From NCBI GenBank assembly GCA_951406725.2, contig OX597834.1:620001-684000 (forward strand): a DNA stretch of 64,000 nucleotides, read 5' to 3'. Under the pieces are notes generated by a model. That model saw only the letters and a program-made list of their open reading frames with translations. It searched no databases and was not told the origin of the DNA. Origin of the DNA: Octopus vulgaris. Taxonomy: Eukaryota. The position numbers and the translations under genes are program-made. Shown here piece by piece: positions 40,710-54,509 of this stretch; position 1 is the stretch's first letter, and every line of letters starts with the position of its first letter.

Positions 40710-41300
40710 TTATCACAGTATCGGCTAGACCGCCAGATGTTTTACACCACTGTTCACAATGCGCTTCCAATTATGTCTTGACGGAGCTATTCTTTTCCAT
40801 CATGACTCAAATTGCTTGATTAAATCTTCTACCTATCGCCGTTTAAACCTTCCAAGCAACCTTTTCCGATCTCTTACATACCACTCGGCAACTGCACGGG
40901 TCCACCTCTTGTTTGTGAACCTTGCAACATGACCAGCTCACCGGAAATTGCGCTTTAGCTACTCTGCAACCACATCGTTCACCCTGCTCCATCCTCCAAT
41001 TATTCCATTGCGAATGTTCTCTCTTTTGATGCTCCTAGCTTGGATCTTTCCATGGCCGTTTGCGTCGTCGCCGATCGAGGTTCTAATCTCTTCCAAGTAG
41101 TCCACGTCTCACTTGCGTGTAAAGGTGGAGGTAGGACGATGCTATTAAAGAGTCAGGTGCCTAGGGCATTCTCTAGCTTTGTTTGGAGCACATTATTGAG
41201 TTAAATGCCTTCAACCATGCCATTTTCTTCATTTTGCCCGCGAAACAAGATGAACTGTCTGTACCACAGCAAGTGTACTCAGGTGAAAAGAATCAATCCA
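40710..41300 (-). mobile_element. RTE-clade LINE 3' fragment
   Basis: Minus translation FR*AGHVARFTNKRWTRAVAEWYVRDRKRLLGRFKRR*VED matches the RTE C-terminal WAGH...RW...W.PR..KR..GRP..RW motif. Confidence 0.85.
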
Positions 41301-41622
41301 GAAAAATGGGTTGATGTATATCTACGTCGATGTATATGTACGTAGAGGACATAATGTATGTTGTTTCCTTCTGGACGAATCCACGTAAGCTTAAATATTG
41401 AACGATTCTGGGCGTGAAAAAGATCACATGATCGAATTGTGTCCACGGATTGGGTGACAGTAAACAATGTTTTGTGTCTAGACAACTGGGGTTGTCTCAG
41501 CATACATATCTTGACGCATATTCACTGTGCTAAGTAGATGAACTCTTTTGCCTCCTAAATTCGCTTCCCATCTCTATACACAAACTCACCCCGCCATGTG
41601 TGTGTGCGTATGTATATATATG

Positions 41623-41822
41623 CGAAGGGATGCTGAAAAGTTCCTGCCTTTGGGTAAAAGAAAATACAGGAAAATCAGTTATAATTTTATTCAACATATT
41701 CTCCTCTCAGATTCAGTCCTTCAGCTTTTCTAGACCCAGTAAAAAAACTCAGAAGTTTAAGCCTCCATCCAAGCCTTTCCCGATGCCCTTAAAACCAGGA
41801 ACTTTTCAGCCCCACCCCCCCC
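41623..41822. mobile_element. Mariner-type MITE
   Basis: TIRs gctgaaaagttcctg / caggaacttttcagc in TA context. Confidence 0.75.
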
Positions 41823-41854
<32 letters not shown>

Positions 41855-42000
41855 AATTCAATCGTCAATAATTTTAACTGAGGGTGCTTAAGAACACCTA
41901 CATTGCAAGAAATAAGAGTTAGAAACCCATAGAAATGCAAGGGAGCACATTTTCATATACTGATAGGGGAGATAACCGCCACATAGCTGAAGCTACAACT

Positions 42001-42047
42001 ACTGGACTGGATTAATTTCATCTGTAAATCGCAGACTCATCAGCAGT
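42001..42047 (-). ncRNA. Type I hammerhead ribozyme (stem III degenerate)
   Basis: ACUG-CUGAUGA-GUCUG(CGAUUUA)CAGAU-GAAA-UUAAUCCA-GUC-CAGU. Confidence 0.7.
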
Positions 42048-42185
42048 GACAACTCCATCGCCGAATAGCTTAGCTAAATCCACACTGTTAGTATATATAG
42101 TTACCATATAAATTTATGGCTGACTTAGCGGAGTGCTTATGTGAAAATTAGAAAATAATGTACACCATTCGTTGATAGAATCGTC

Positions 42186-42232
42186 ACTGCTGAAGAGTCT
42201 GCACATTACAGATGCAGCTCGCCCCGTCCAAT
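42186..42232 (+). ncRNA. Degenerate hammerhead ribozyme copy
   Basis: ACUG-CUGAAGA-GUCUG...CAGAU-GCAG(mutated GAAA)...GUC-CAAU. Confidence 0.5.
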
Positions 42233-42819
42233 GATTGTAACTTCGCTTATGGGGCATTTATCTCCCCTTTCAGTATACCAAAATGCGTTTCCTTGCAGTT
42301 CCAGGAGTTTTAACTTATTTCTAGCAATATTACTGTTACCTAACACATTCAGCCGCATTTAGCGACGATTGGATTTTTCCTTTTTGGTTTTATGTTAGGT
42401 ATTGCTGCCTACATTACAGTACATGCATACATACATACATACATACATACATACATGAATATATGCATATCGTGATTTCTTAAAAGTATAAATTGCATGA
42501 AAATAAGCAGTATTTAGATTTGTGTTTCTGCATATTTCATTTAGAGAAACCACAGTCGCACAGGGACACTCACATACATACATGCATAGATACATATATA
42601 TGTTAGTGAGTGGACAAACGAAAGAAGGGGACTCAACTAACTTATGGGAGGGGCGTTACATGCATGGATCAAAACTGTTTGATTCAAACTCGCTGGTACT
42701 CTTGAGTTTCAAGCGGGATGCTAGTCATCAGCCATTCAAATTCAAAATGGCTGACGTTTGAAACTCAAGAGTTCCAGCGAATTTGAATTAAACTGCTTTA
42801 ATCCATATATATTTTTTTT

Positions 42820-43010
42820 CTTTTCCTTGTTTCAGTCATTTGACAGCGGCCATGTCGGATCACCGCCTTCAGTCGAACCAGAACTTATTTCTTGTAAGCC
42901 TAGTACTTATTTTATCGGTCTCATTTTCCAAACCGCTAGGTTATGGGGACGTAAACACACCAACATCGGTTGTCAAGCGATGGTGGTGGTGGTGGGAAAC
43001 AGACACACAA
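42820..43010 (-). mobile_element. SINE family A 3' half
   Basis: ttgtttcagtcatttgacagcggccatg...ttgtcaagcgatgg. Confidence 0.85.
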
Positions 43011-43018
43011 ATACGCAT

Positions 43019-43050
<32 letters not shown>

Positions 43051-43782
43051 TATATATACGTATGATTGCATGTGTGTGTGTGTGTGTGTGCGTGCGTGCG
43101 TGTGCATGTGCCTATGTACGTATAGGCTTCTTTTCTTTTATAATTTCTTAGAACTCTTTCCAAAAGAGAGGAGCTGGTTGCTAGCGAACAATCGAAGCGA
43201 CATCAATGAAACCCAAGCTTTCCTAGGTTCATCTGGACCTTTTAATAGCACAACCGATTGTACTAATCAGTGTGGAAGCATACGTGAATTCATACTCAGG
43301 GCCAGTCGATTCCGACAGCTCTCCTCTCTCATTTTATGCACATCACTGCACATAACTTCTTCTCTGTCCCAATGTTATGTATGCACATGCGAGATTTCTT
43401 TTTATGGGCATGGTCCACCAATATTCTTTCTGTTCGTATATGCGTGTATATGTGTGTATATGTTCGTATGTGTGTATGTAACGAGAGGTAGACGTATGCG
43501 TTGATATATATATACATATATATATATAGGAAGAGAGAGAGAGAGAGTCAATGACAGTAAGATATGCATGCATACATACTTATTGATTAAACAATATATT
43601 TTTTTTTATATTTCCTATTTAAATTGTTGCATGAGGAATAGGTTCGTTGGTAACACTTTCGGTGTCAGCTGCCGGGTAGTTGTGTAATGTCCTTCACATA
43701 CATTCGACATAATCTATATTTATGGCTGTTTTATTGATTCCCTGTCTCAATATTTGCTTTAGGCGATCTTCTGCTCTTGAGA

Positions 43783-43829
<47 letters not shown>

Positions 43830-44177
43830 CAAAATAAGCAACAGGATATCAAGTATTAGTGCAGTACGATTGTTTCAAGCAACTTCATTTAATTGAACAA
43901 TGCAATCATTACATCAATTTAAACCCAGCACTATCTTCAGCTGCACAAAAAATATATGGAACTCCAACAGGTAGGGTATATTAATATAATTTGTCTTAAA
44001 TATTTTAACCGAGCAAGAAGTTGTAAGACATTCATGTTGTCGTTATTGTAGCGAGAACTAGCTCAGTTGACTGTATCGGAAAACAAACAGCAAATACGCG
44101 TTATTACACAGAGAAGAACACATCCACGGTGCTGTGGAAGCTGTCTATACACATATATGGAAACCCTGTCTATACAC

Positions 44178-44208
<31 letters not shown>

Positions 44209-45267
44209 TGTATGTATGTATGTATATGCATATATGTGTATGCATATATATATACACACACATACACAAACACACAGAACCATGTATATTAGATGTTGAA
44301 TAATGAGAATGAGTTCTCAATATCGCATCGGTGGATAAAATTTCTTTTTGTATTAAGGCTACCGTTAGTTTATATTTAGAAAATATTTTAATATCGATCA
44401 CAGGGAAGAATAGTGTTCCTCTCCATCCACTTATCTATATCTATATCTCTATATATATATACACATAAATTTATACATACAGACAATAGTTCGCAAATGA
44501 TTTGAACTTAAACTCCGAGTCGTTGTGGAGGACTGGGTCTACGGGATCAAAGATAGCTACATGAAAAGTAATCCAGGTGAACTGATATCGAGATAGTGAT
44601 GCAGATAAACATGATTAGGTTTGATGTATATAAATTACGTATATACATATAGATACTCATAGATATGTTTATATCAACGTATTTTGATTTTAAAAAACTA
44701 GATATATTCAGAAGACGAAACACGTGCATAGATATTTATATATTTTGACAAATCCATTTACTTTTAAATGAAGTATAAAAAATACAGAAGACTAAGTGAA
44801 GAATGCTTATGTAGCTTATGTAAAAGTTGTAATGTCCATAATTAAAAGATGAAATGTGCAAAAAGAAATGGATATGCAACCCGTAGATGGCTGCATAAAA
44901 CCAGTTGCATTCTACAGGAGGGAGAGATTGGTTGATAACAGTTGATATCGTGGTGCGACTTTTACACCATTTGAACATTACAACTATTACGTAACCCCGG
45001 GATCCTAGAAACAACAGTCGAGTTTTAAAAACTTGACTTCTTCCCTAAGTCTTCTGTATTTTCATACACCACGTAAAACTAAATGGTCAATATATATAAA
45101 TAACATGTGTGTCTATCCTCTGAATATGTTTAGTCTCTGTATATATATATATTCCTATATATGTGTGTATATGTATGTCTATTTATATATTACGTACATG
45201 TGTAATATATACGTCAATTATATATACTAAGTCCTAACTCTGTATCTGCATCACTATGTCTATATAT

Positions 45268-45676
45268 TGGGTCATCCCATAAATAATGCGGTTTTTTAAA
45301 TTGCATGATCTAAAAGTCAGAGTGGGGATGGGATAAACTACCTGCATCAACTTGTTATAAAAGCAGGTAGTAATTTTACCTTGTCCTTATTCTTAGTGCA
45401 AGTTTTGAAGAGTGCAGTTCGATTTTAATAGTTATTCTTTCAAAGTTATAATGAAAGTGACAAAGGAGCGTATACGGCATATTTAGCTTTTTGAGTTCAA
45501 TAAAGGCAACAACGCAACGGAATATGCGAGGAATATTATGAGGATCGGACAATAAGCGTAAGCCAGTTCCAACGGTGGTTTCAGAAATTCGAAACAGAAA
45601 CAACAGCCAAGAAGATGAGCCTCGCCGTGGAAGATCTGTAGAGCTCGACGAGGACGTCCTGCAAACCCTAGTGGAT
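45268..45676 (+). mobile_element. Mariner transposon 5' end (TIR plus N-terminal HTH), truncated
   Basis: TA + ttgggtcatcccataaataatgcggtt; MKVTKERIRHI*LFEFNKGNNATEYARNI...QRWFQKF...EDEPRRGRSVELDEDVLQTLV. Confidence 0.85.
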
Positions 45677-45930
45677 GACGGTATGTGCATTTCTGATCAC
45701 GAGCAGAAGTAGTGGGAGAGCATCATAATCAGGTGTTGAAAGAAATTCTTTGGAGTTTGAATATTTCACCTCTGGAAACGCGGGCCCCACCAGCAAGGTC
45801 ATGCAGTGTTTATCTTCATATGAGCTCACCATGTCGTGCACATACGGGTGTGATGCATTCGCCTGGTGCACCCTTATCAAACGGTTAGTCCTGACGGGTA
45901 TATTGGGCTTCGTATATTCGTGCCCCTATA
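45677..45930 (+). mobile_element. Dispersed repeat / SINE-like family D (internally deleted copy)
   Basis: Aligns with 60920-61298 (ccaccagcaaggt..., gatgcat..gcctggtg.accc.tatca.acg...ctgggcttcg); ends in AAT. Confidence 0.75.
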
Positions 45931-45949
45931 ATAAAAATAATAATAATAT

Positions 45950-46395
45950 TACAAACCAATGTGACTCCTTTATCAAGGCTCGGAGACCAGATATTGTTGC
46001 GGTAGATAAAGGAAAAAGGAAACCAAGATTAGAGATACCCGAGGATTCACGCACGAGTGACGCAGAACTGGAAAAGACTATTAAAAGACGAAATTTCAAG
46101 AGTATGAGGAGAGTGTCTGTCATTGCAGTAGTTGTAGGGTCACTCGGAGCACTAAGAACGAATTTCGAGAAATATGTCAAAGAAATGGAATTGGCATGAG
46201 AGCAGAGCAAGCCCAAAAACCTGCTCTTCTGGGGACAGCTAGGATTTTCAGATTGGTACTTGGATGTTGAATGTCTAGCACGATAATTAACAACCAAGTA
46301 TCAAAGCTTATAATGTGCGGAAAAAAATCCTGTCAAACCTCTGTCCCTTCTCATAGAACCTACCAAAACAAACAAGACCGAGCATTCTGAGAAGT
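45950..46395 (+). mobile_element. R4/Dong-like LINE 3' fragment (REL endonuclease)
   Basis: CDSFIKARRPDIVAVDK...IPEDSR...ELEK...VIAVVVGSLG...AQKPALLGTARIFRLVLGC*; AAT/AAC flanks. Confidence 0.88.
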
Positions 46396-46457
46396 GAAAC
46401 AACAACAACAACACTAATAATAATCTCTACATATGCTACTACTAATAACAATAATGG

Positions 46458-46605
46458 GAGGAGGGGATGAGTCGATTACATCGACCCGAAAGGATGAAAG
46501 GCAAAGTTCACCTCGGTGGAATTCGAACACAGAACGTAACGGCAGACGAAATACGGCTACGCATTTCGCCCGGCGTGCTAACGTTTCTGCCAGGTCGCCG
46601 CCTTA
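46458..46605 (-). mobile_element. SINE family B
   Basis: Core and head in reverse complement, within ACT/AAT repeats. Confidence 0.85.
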
Positions 46606-47081
46606 CTACTACTACTATTACTACTACTACTATTAATAATAATAATAATAATAATAATTGCATATTACAAATTTAAATTTGAAGTAAAGATCAACCATTA
46701 CATATCAGGAAAAGTGATCAGCTGATCAGATGTGCAAGCAGTAAAATGGCAGAATTACAATGGCAACATAAAATGAGATTATGTAGCGCATTAGTAAACA
46801 AAATTGCAGTCTATCTGCGTGTGTAAGCTGTCTTGTGTGTGAGTGTGTGCCTGTTTCAAAACGAAATAACATCTATTTAAGGCAATATTCTCAATATATG
46901 GAAATGCATCCACGTTTTTTTCCTTCTCTGAAGAATACCTCTGAGAGTTTTCAACCAGATGATAACAGGACTACTGTTGCAACAGTCATTGATTTCAATA
47001 AATAATTAGATATGTACGCATGCATCATGTATGTGTGAGCATATATACACACATGTGCTTGTGTGCTTAACTCTCTCTCTC

Positions 47082-47123
<42 letters not shown>

Positions 47124-47281
47124 CCGTTGTGTTTTTGTGCTGAAGGGTGTGAGAGTTCTTGTTCTCTCCTTGTTATACTGCTTTTCGTAAACCCCAATAT
47201 ATTCATTTGGTCACGTGTCTAACTCAACCAGTATTTTGTGACTGTTTCTCTCCTTATCACCCTGCATATACATATATATAT

Positions 47282-47312
<31 letters not shown>

Positions 47313-48363
47313 GCGTGTGCGTGTGTGTATAAATAGATACGTACATACATACATACAAACATACACACATACGTGAAGTTGGCATGTATATTTAGTGGTG
47401 AAAATAAACAATCTACTTTATAACATTAATTGGATTTCAATGATATCAGCGAGACGTCTTTAAATTAGTAATTAACAACCATATGTTCATTAATTCCAGT
47501 TACAAATGTAGAACATATTGGAGTCGAAACGATGAAAAATAAAGTAGGTCGAAATAAATTATAACACTTCCGCCATATATGGTTGGATATGTCTCCGGGG
47601 CAAACTCCTTTCCATATTGGAAATGGCTGCTACTATCATGTATTAAATGTTAACTTTTAGGCCAGAACGAGGCGAAAGAGAGACATGGCAATAAACCTCA
47701 AATGAACAGTTTCTTTTCACTATTTTGATACCCCACCCGCCACTGTAACGTCGTCTGTTTCACCAATAATGCCATAGAATAGTTTCTAGCATATTTTATA
47801 ATTAATGAAGAATTTATTCTACACCATATTCAGTTATAAATACATATATACATAACACACACATTCATGCATATATGCATACATAGTTATATAAAGGTAT
47901 GGCTATGCGTGTGTGTGTGTGTGTGTGTGTGTGAAAGTATAAGAGTGTTATGCATGTGTTCGCTACTAACATCTCCATTTCTTTGTGGTAGAAGGTCCAT
48001 GCAATGCGATTATCGTAATTGCACAAACACCACACAGTATCAGATACAAAGAGGAAGCGAAATCAGAATGAGGTCTTTGGAAATCATGACTATCCAAATA
48101 TTTTTCACCTGAATTTAAATATATCTTAATAGTTTTGTAATCTCGCTTCAATTTGCTTCATAGGTTTAGTTTATATATTTAGGTGGGAAAACGTGTAAAC
48201 ATTATACATATATGTTCCTATATTTGTCCGTTTCTCTATTCACCTTATTACTTTCTTTGTGTGTGTGCCTATGCGAGCGAGTGTGAGTGCGCGCGCGTGC
48301 GTGTGCGTGTGTATATTGGACGAGGTTTATACAGAGTTCCTATCTACGAAAAGTCATACTGAC

Positions 48364-48408
<45 letters not shown>

Positions 48409-50179
48409 ATGATGTCTATTTTATACAATAGTAATAATATCGTTATTATTATCATTATTACTACTCCTATTATTATTATTATTATTATTATCATGTTCAA
48501 ATATATGTTTTCCTGTTATTTGTGAATTTCTTACGCAATGATATGTATGTGTGAGTGTGTGTGTGAGTGTGTGTATGTGTATTTTATACGTGTGAGTCTT
48601 TGTGTAAATGTTAGTATATCTGTCTATGATGTGTGAATGAATATGTATTAATATGCGTTTATGTATTCACGTATTCCTGTGCGTAGTATTTCTATCGATA
48701 GGTCGAAGTAGGTTTGGTATTTGCAATGGAAAATGTTAATGTCAAGCCGCACTCCAGCGCCAGAGTGCCTTACTCTCTATAACCTTCTTCTCCGTTCAAA
48801 ACAATCTTGATGCATCCATGTTGAAAACAGCTTCAGCAGCCTCATCTACAAACGATGGAGGAGTGGTGGGATCATTAAGAATTTCTTCGTTCCATTATAA
48901 ATAGAAAGGGAACCATAATAGTGGCTATTGTCTGCGAAATAGCAGTGGACGCAACTGCTATGGAGAAGCTCTTAAATGGCTATCAAATTAGTGAGTTCTT
49001 TCCTAGTCGAGTTTATCTCTCCGTTCTCTAAAGCATTCTGCCGTGTTGCTCTGCTGTTCGAAAACCTACGTCATTCAATGTTTTACACGGAGATCATGCT
49101 TTACGCAAGGTGTTTGTTAGCATCTTGCGTAAAATGTCAATTTATGATTATCATTTAATGATAAAATAATGACTGGGAGAAAATGGTAGAAGAGCTGGTG
49201 CTGCGCAAAAAAACCCGGTGAAATGGGCGCCAACATATTTCACGTAGTGAGTGAAAGAAATTTGATTACAATTACAACAGCTACAAGAAGATCAACTTTA
49301 ATGGTAGGGAAACGGGGAGAAACAAACTGGAAATATAAGTTTGCAGAAGTTATTTTGAATTGAGGTATTTTTGGTAAAGAAAGTTTGTTCTTTGATAACG
49401 TGATTAAAGATGCCAAAATGTTTCGTTAGCGTTTAGCCTTCATCAGTAAATCAATGAGTCTCTCTTCAATGACCAGAGATGATATATTGTTTTGTGAATA
49501 AATACTTGTGTAATAAATTAGTTTTGTAATAAATTAATGGTTAAGGAATTTACAAAGTGTCGCTTGCTACCTGAGAAAAAAAAAGGTATGTGAAAAATAA
49601 AGATATTTCAATTAATTAATAATTGAATCATAACGAAGAGTAAAATCATTTTGATTAATTCTGCTAAAAAAAAAGCATAATTTCGAATAAAAACGTATTT
49701 TGATTAATTAGAAATGAGGCTAATCGTTAAGCGTCATTGCGTGTGTAATAAGTAAAATTACATATTTCATTAAATTTACATCAACAGCGTTCACTTATTT
49801 GGATTAAGGCGAATAAAAGAGGGAACATGTAGTGGCTAGACCTACTGGAAATAGCAGTCACGATCGCTTCAAATTAAATCTCACATATTAAAGGGAGAGG
49901 ACCTTTAATTTAGACATAAATGTCTGTGAATATATAGGAGAAGGTCATGGCTGGAATGTAACAACATCGACAACAATAACAGCAACAACACAACAGCAAA
50001 AACAACATCATCATCAGCAACAACAGCAGCAATAACAACAGCAACAGCAATATCAACAACAACAACAACAATAATATTGTTTGTTCAAATCGTTGGTAAT
50101 ACGAAGAGCTAAACAGCCATTGTTCATTTGATCTTGTATTTAAGTGCGTAGCGAAAGAATATGCATAGGAGCGCATGTT

Positions 50180-50590
50180 AGTGTGTGTGTGTGTATGCAT
50201 GTGTGTGGGTGTATGCGAGTATGTATGTATGCGTGTGTGTGTATGTGTCTGTGTGTATGTGTTTGCATGCATGTGTGTGTATGCATGTGTGTATGTATGT
50301 GTGTGTGTATGTGTGTGTGTGTGTATGCGAGTATGTATTATGTATGTATGCATGGGTTTATATTCATGTGCGTATGTGTGTGTATGAATGTGTGCGTATG
50401 CATGTGTGTGTATGTATGTGTGTGTATGTATTTGTGTGTTTATGCGAGTATGTATGTATGTATGTATGTGTTTGCATGCATGTGTGTATGCATGTGTGTG
50501 TATGCATGTATGTGTGTGTGTGCATGTGTGTCTATGTATGTGTGTTTGTGTATGTATGTGTGTGTATATATGCATGTGTATGCGTGCGTT
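50180..50590. repeat. Degenerate (TG/TATG/CATG)n microsatellite
   Basis: Direct reading; explains ORFs 49910-50731. Confidence 0.95.
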
Positions 50591-50626
50591 CCGGGACACA
50601 GAGTTCTGAATACCACGAGACAACCC

Positions 50627-50829
50627 TGTCTATCAAAGGCACAGGGCCTGACATTTGATGGGAGGGGATTACATCGACCCCAATGTTTTACTGGTACTGA
50701 ATTTATCAACGCCGAAGGGATGAAAGATTAAGTGGACCTAAGTGGAATTTGAACTCAGAACGTAAAGACAGACGAAATGATGCTAAACATTTTGCCCGGC
50801 TCGCTAACGACTCTGCCAACTCGCCGACT
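50627..50829 (-). mobile_element. SINE family B
   Basis: aggcacagggcctgac...gattacatcgaccc...ggaatttgaactcagaacg...ctgccaactcgccg. Confidence 0.85.
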
Positions 50830-50986
50830 TTTTATATCCGAGATTAATAACTACTTATTTCAGCCGAGAAGATGAATTTCAAGAAAGTTATAAGCCATAA
50901 CTTGCATGATGAGCTTGCATACACATGGAAGAAACTCAGAGTAGCAAAAGCCTGACTCGACCAAAATAATACTCAAATACAGCCCC

Positions 50987-51024
<38 letters not shown>

Positions 51025-51210
51025 TATATATGCACATTCACAATAGTAATTATATATATACGCAGTAGAGATATGTGCATGTATATATTGAACATATCGA
51101 TACACAAAGTGAGCGATTGACAGTTACAAGAATAGCGAAACAGACAGAGTGATACTCTCAAATACGTGCATATAGAGAGAATTAGAGATACAGCGAGAGA
51201 TTTTGGCGTG

Positions 51211-51256
<46 letters not shown>

Positions 51257-51738
51257 TTATGTATGTAGGTAGAGAGAAAAACAGATAGTGGTTTTAAGTA
51301 TGTTAGTGTATAGATGAGAGAACTGTTAATTGCTCACGAGTTGAAATCCGACATTTATTTCCTTCTGTATTTTTAGACTGCAATAATACGAATTGGTTGC
51401 GATATAAATCGCCATTATTCCATTGTAATACTCATCAAATTATTTGGAATAACGATCTAAAAGCTACACATTCCGCGTAAAATTCTCGTTATTCCGTGAT
51501 GTAAAAAAAAAAAGCTACGAACGACGTTTCCAACAACAACAAAAACGGTGGCAACAACAACAGCACCACCACCACCACCCACCAAGAACTGCAACAACAC
51601 GAGTGAGCAAAACAGCTGAATAAAGTATATAACATTTGAATATATGAGACTCGTGTAAATGTGTTATTTAAATTGTAACGATCGGCATATTTCCAGCTTG
51701 TTGAAGCGGGAGTTGGCAGAAAACTGGAGAAGATTTGG

Positions 51739-51872
51739 AGTTGGTGAACAATAAGACTCTCAGGAGAAGAGGTATTGTATTGATTTCAGCTGTGTATGTG
51801 CCTAATCAAATGAAATATCGAAAGAATTCAGGTATACACGCCCTAAATATCAATGACCGTGTGAATAGGTTT
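51739..51872 (+). repeat. Diverged direct repeat, copy 1 (copy 2 at 59821-59954)
   Basis: Shared blocks tattgattt, tgcctaatcaa.tgaaat, aattcaggtat, caatgacc, gtgaa.aggtttt. Confidence 0.75.
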
Positions 51873-52449
51873 TCCAAGTAGCTACATTGTAGACAAAACA
51901 GTACTTCAAGTGCCAACATCTTATGGTGGGGTTTTTTAAGCATCATGCATGCTGGTTATATATCTATCTATCTATATATATATATATTTATTTATTTATC
52001 TACCTACCTATCTCTTTGTCTATATCTATCCGTATTATATCTATACATCTATGTCTGTCTATCTATCCATCTGTCTATTGGTCTATCTATCTAGTGAACT
52101 GTCTTGCCAGATATGTGTGTGTGAATTCCAAAAATTTTCTTTAAAACGTGTTATGCACGTGCAACGTTTTCTGCCAAACTTTCTTCAAAAATTGTGCAGT
52201 CCTGAAAGGGCTATGGTAGTGGTACTGAAGTTTCGGTGTCAGCAAAATGTTATAAGCAAAAAGACATTCTTGCTGCCAAGCAGACTGAGTTAGGCAGACT
52301 TTGTAGTTAGTAAAGAAACTAAAACGAATTCTAACGGAGAATTCTTTGTAGAGAATTATATTCTGGGATATTATCGAAAATAACTGATGTTTCTATTAGA
52401 ATTTGTAAAGTAAAAATGCAATCAATAAGACATCAGGAGGAATAAATAT

Positions 52450-53330
52450 TGAACGCGTTCACGAATTTTGAAGCAAATCCCGTTAAAAATGCGTGATTGG
52501 GATTGGAGTAGGGAAATAAAAGCTCCAAAGGTACTTATAATTCCTTGAAATGTTCAATTTGAAACCGAATTTATTCATATCTGGTCTTGTTGGTCACTCA
52601 ATGGAATTTCCAAATGAATCAGATACCATTCAGCAAAAAATCTTGATTTATAAAAAGTTTTCCATCTCTAGAAAATGTGTCAATTATAAAATGGCAATGA
52701 AGATCAGCTCCACATGAGAAGGTGAGATAATCTTATGTTTGAAAGAATCTACCAAACTGACATTAACATTAAGGAAATGGACAGGCTTATTGTCCAGGGA
52801 GAAGCTTAGTCCTTTCTTTCATAGGATGTCAACTTCGGAGAATTCTTGAACTTCTAGATGAAATCCAGTGGGGTTCATCTTCATTGCCATTTGGTAATTC
52901 TGAAACATCTTCTGAAGGCGAAGATAATATTTAATAAATCAAGAATCTATGTCGTATGGTATTTGGTATACCTGTATTTATCCAAACTGACAATAGTTCC
53001 TAGCCATCTGGAAGATGACATATTTGCCTATAGTGCAAAAAGGTGGTATTTCCTTTAGCGATGTGAAAAGACAGACGTAGACAAGATAGACAAAGATTAT
53101 TGCCATGGTACTGAACTGCACTTAACTAAGAAACATTGATGTGATAGTTACAGTAAAACATGACAATCACTTGCTCTTCGGCTCATTAACAAAGGACATA
53201 CTCCTTATTGAGATCACAACTCACACTTTAAACAGTTGGTTTTTCAGCCCAAATACCTTCTAAAAAGTTGACATGTCATCGTGTTGCAACTGTAATATAT
53301 CTTATTATATCAAACGTTTACAAGTCAATA
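52450..53330 (-). mobile_element. Possible decayed hAT (Charlie/Buster-like) transposase
   Basis: Ordered weak traces resembling HC..HQ, RWL, LAF..D...LN..L and F..PF motifs; many stops. Confidence 0.35.
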
Positions 53331-53701
53331 TAGTGTCTTGTTTTTGTATAAACATTGCAATGTTCTCATTTAAATGTTTATCTTTACAGATTTTCTATAG
53401 AATTCAGACGTAGCACTGAAACTACGACGTTTCATATACGAATTGTTTACATTCAATTATTTGTATAAGAACCATCGTCACTTTCGGTGCTGGCTCTGAA
53501 TTCTATGGAATTAATACACAAGATTTGTAGACATACAGAGTTTCATCAATGGGCATTTGGATTTCTGTCTGGATAAGCATTTATTATATCTATTGGTACA
53601 TACGACAGTTCTGGCTTCATTTCTCGACGTTGTTACCATGTTTGCTATATCGTAATAATTTCTTTTCTGGCAGAGGTACAAACAGAGACGCACAAACACA
53701 A

Positions 53702-53756
<55 letters not shown>

Positions 53757-54509
53757 GATACGCACACACATATATATACATACAAACATATATACATGCA
53801 CTCACATATATATACACACAAATATACATGCAAACACACATACATAAGTGCAACAAATAATAGAAAAAGAGAACACAGGACAGCGAAATAAACTTCAAAC
53901 ATTAACTTTGTTAACGTTTATGGAGAAAACTCACCGGAAATCCAGCAAATACGCTACACTTTACCTAATCGCTCTAGAAATTATTCACGTAAATTTTACC
54001 AAAATTATTATAAAAAACAAACAGATGTTTCTTGTTTTTAGATAAAGCAACAGGAAATCGATGAATCGATAGATAATGCTTAAATGTAGCGCAATATCGA
54101 ATATGTAACCGCAAGTAAGCTGACGGGAGGAGTTCGTTTCGCCAGTTTGCAGAATCCGTAGAGGTTGGTGTTGATGATCTGCTTTAAAGTAAATAAGTAT
54201 TTGCTCGTCTACATCGTTTGTAATGGAATATGTTATGTGGTTCGATGTTTTCAGCAAGAGCTATGTCTATCGCGTCGATTGTCATCGGGAATAAACAGTT
54301 GCGGGCAAAATATTTAGCATTCACTGTCATAGTGCTGGAATGGCATTCACTGTCATAGTGCTGTACTTGATGCACCCAGAGTTAAATAGAGCTCTTCTCC
54401 TCGAAGAGAAGTCCGCCAATGCTCATGAATGTCCTGCATTACACACACACACACACACACACACATATATGTATGTATGTATAATGCAGGACATTCATGA
54501 ATATATATA

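Larger units (their letters stand above)
41900..42330. mobile_element. Inverted pair of diverged Penelope-like pseudo-LTRs (arms about 41900-42068 and 42166-42330)
   Basis: Arms align as reverse complements (e.g. tatactgataggggagataa / ttatctcccctttcagtata); each carries a hammerhead motif. Confidence 0.75.
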
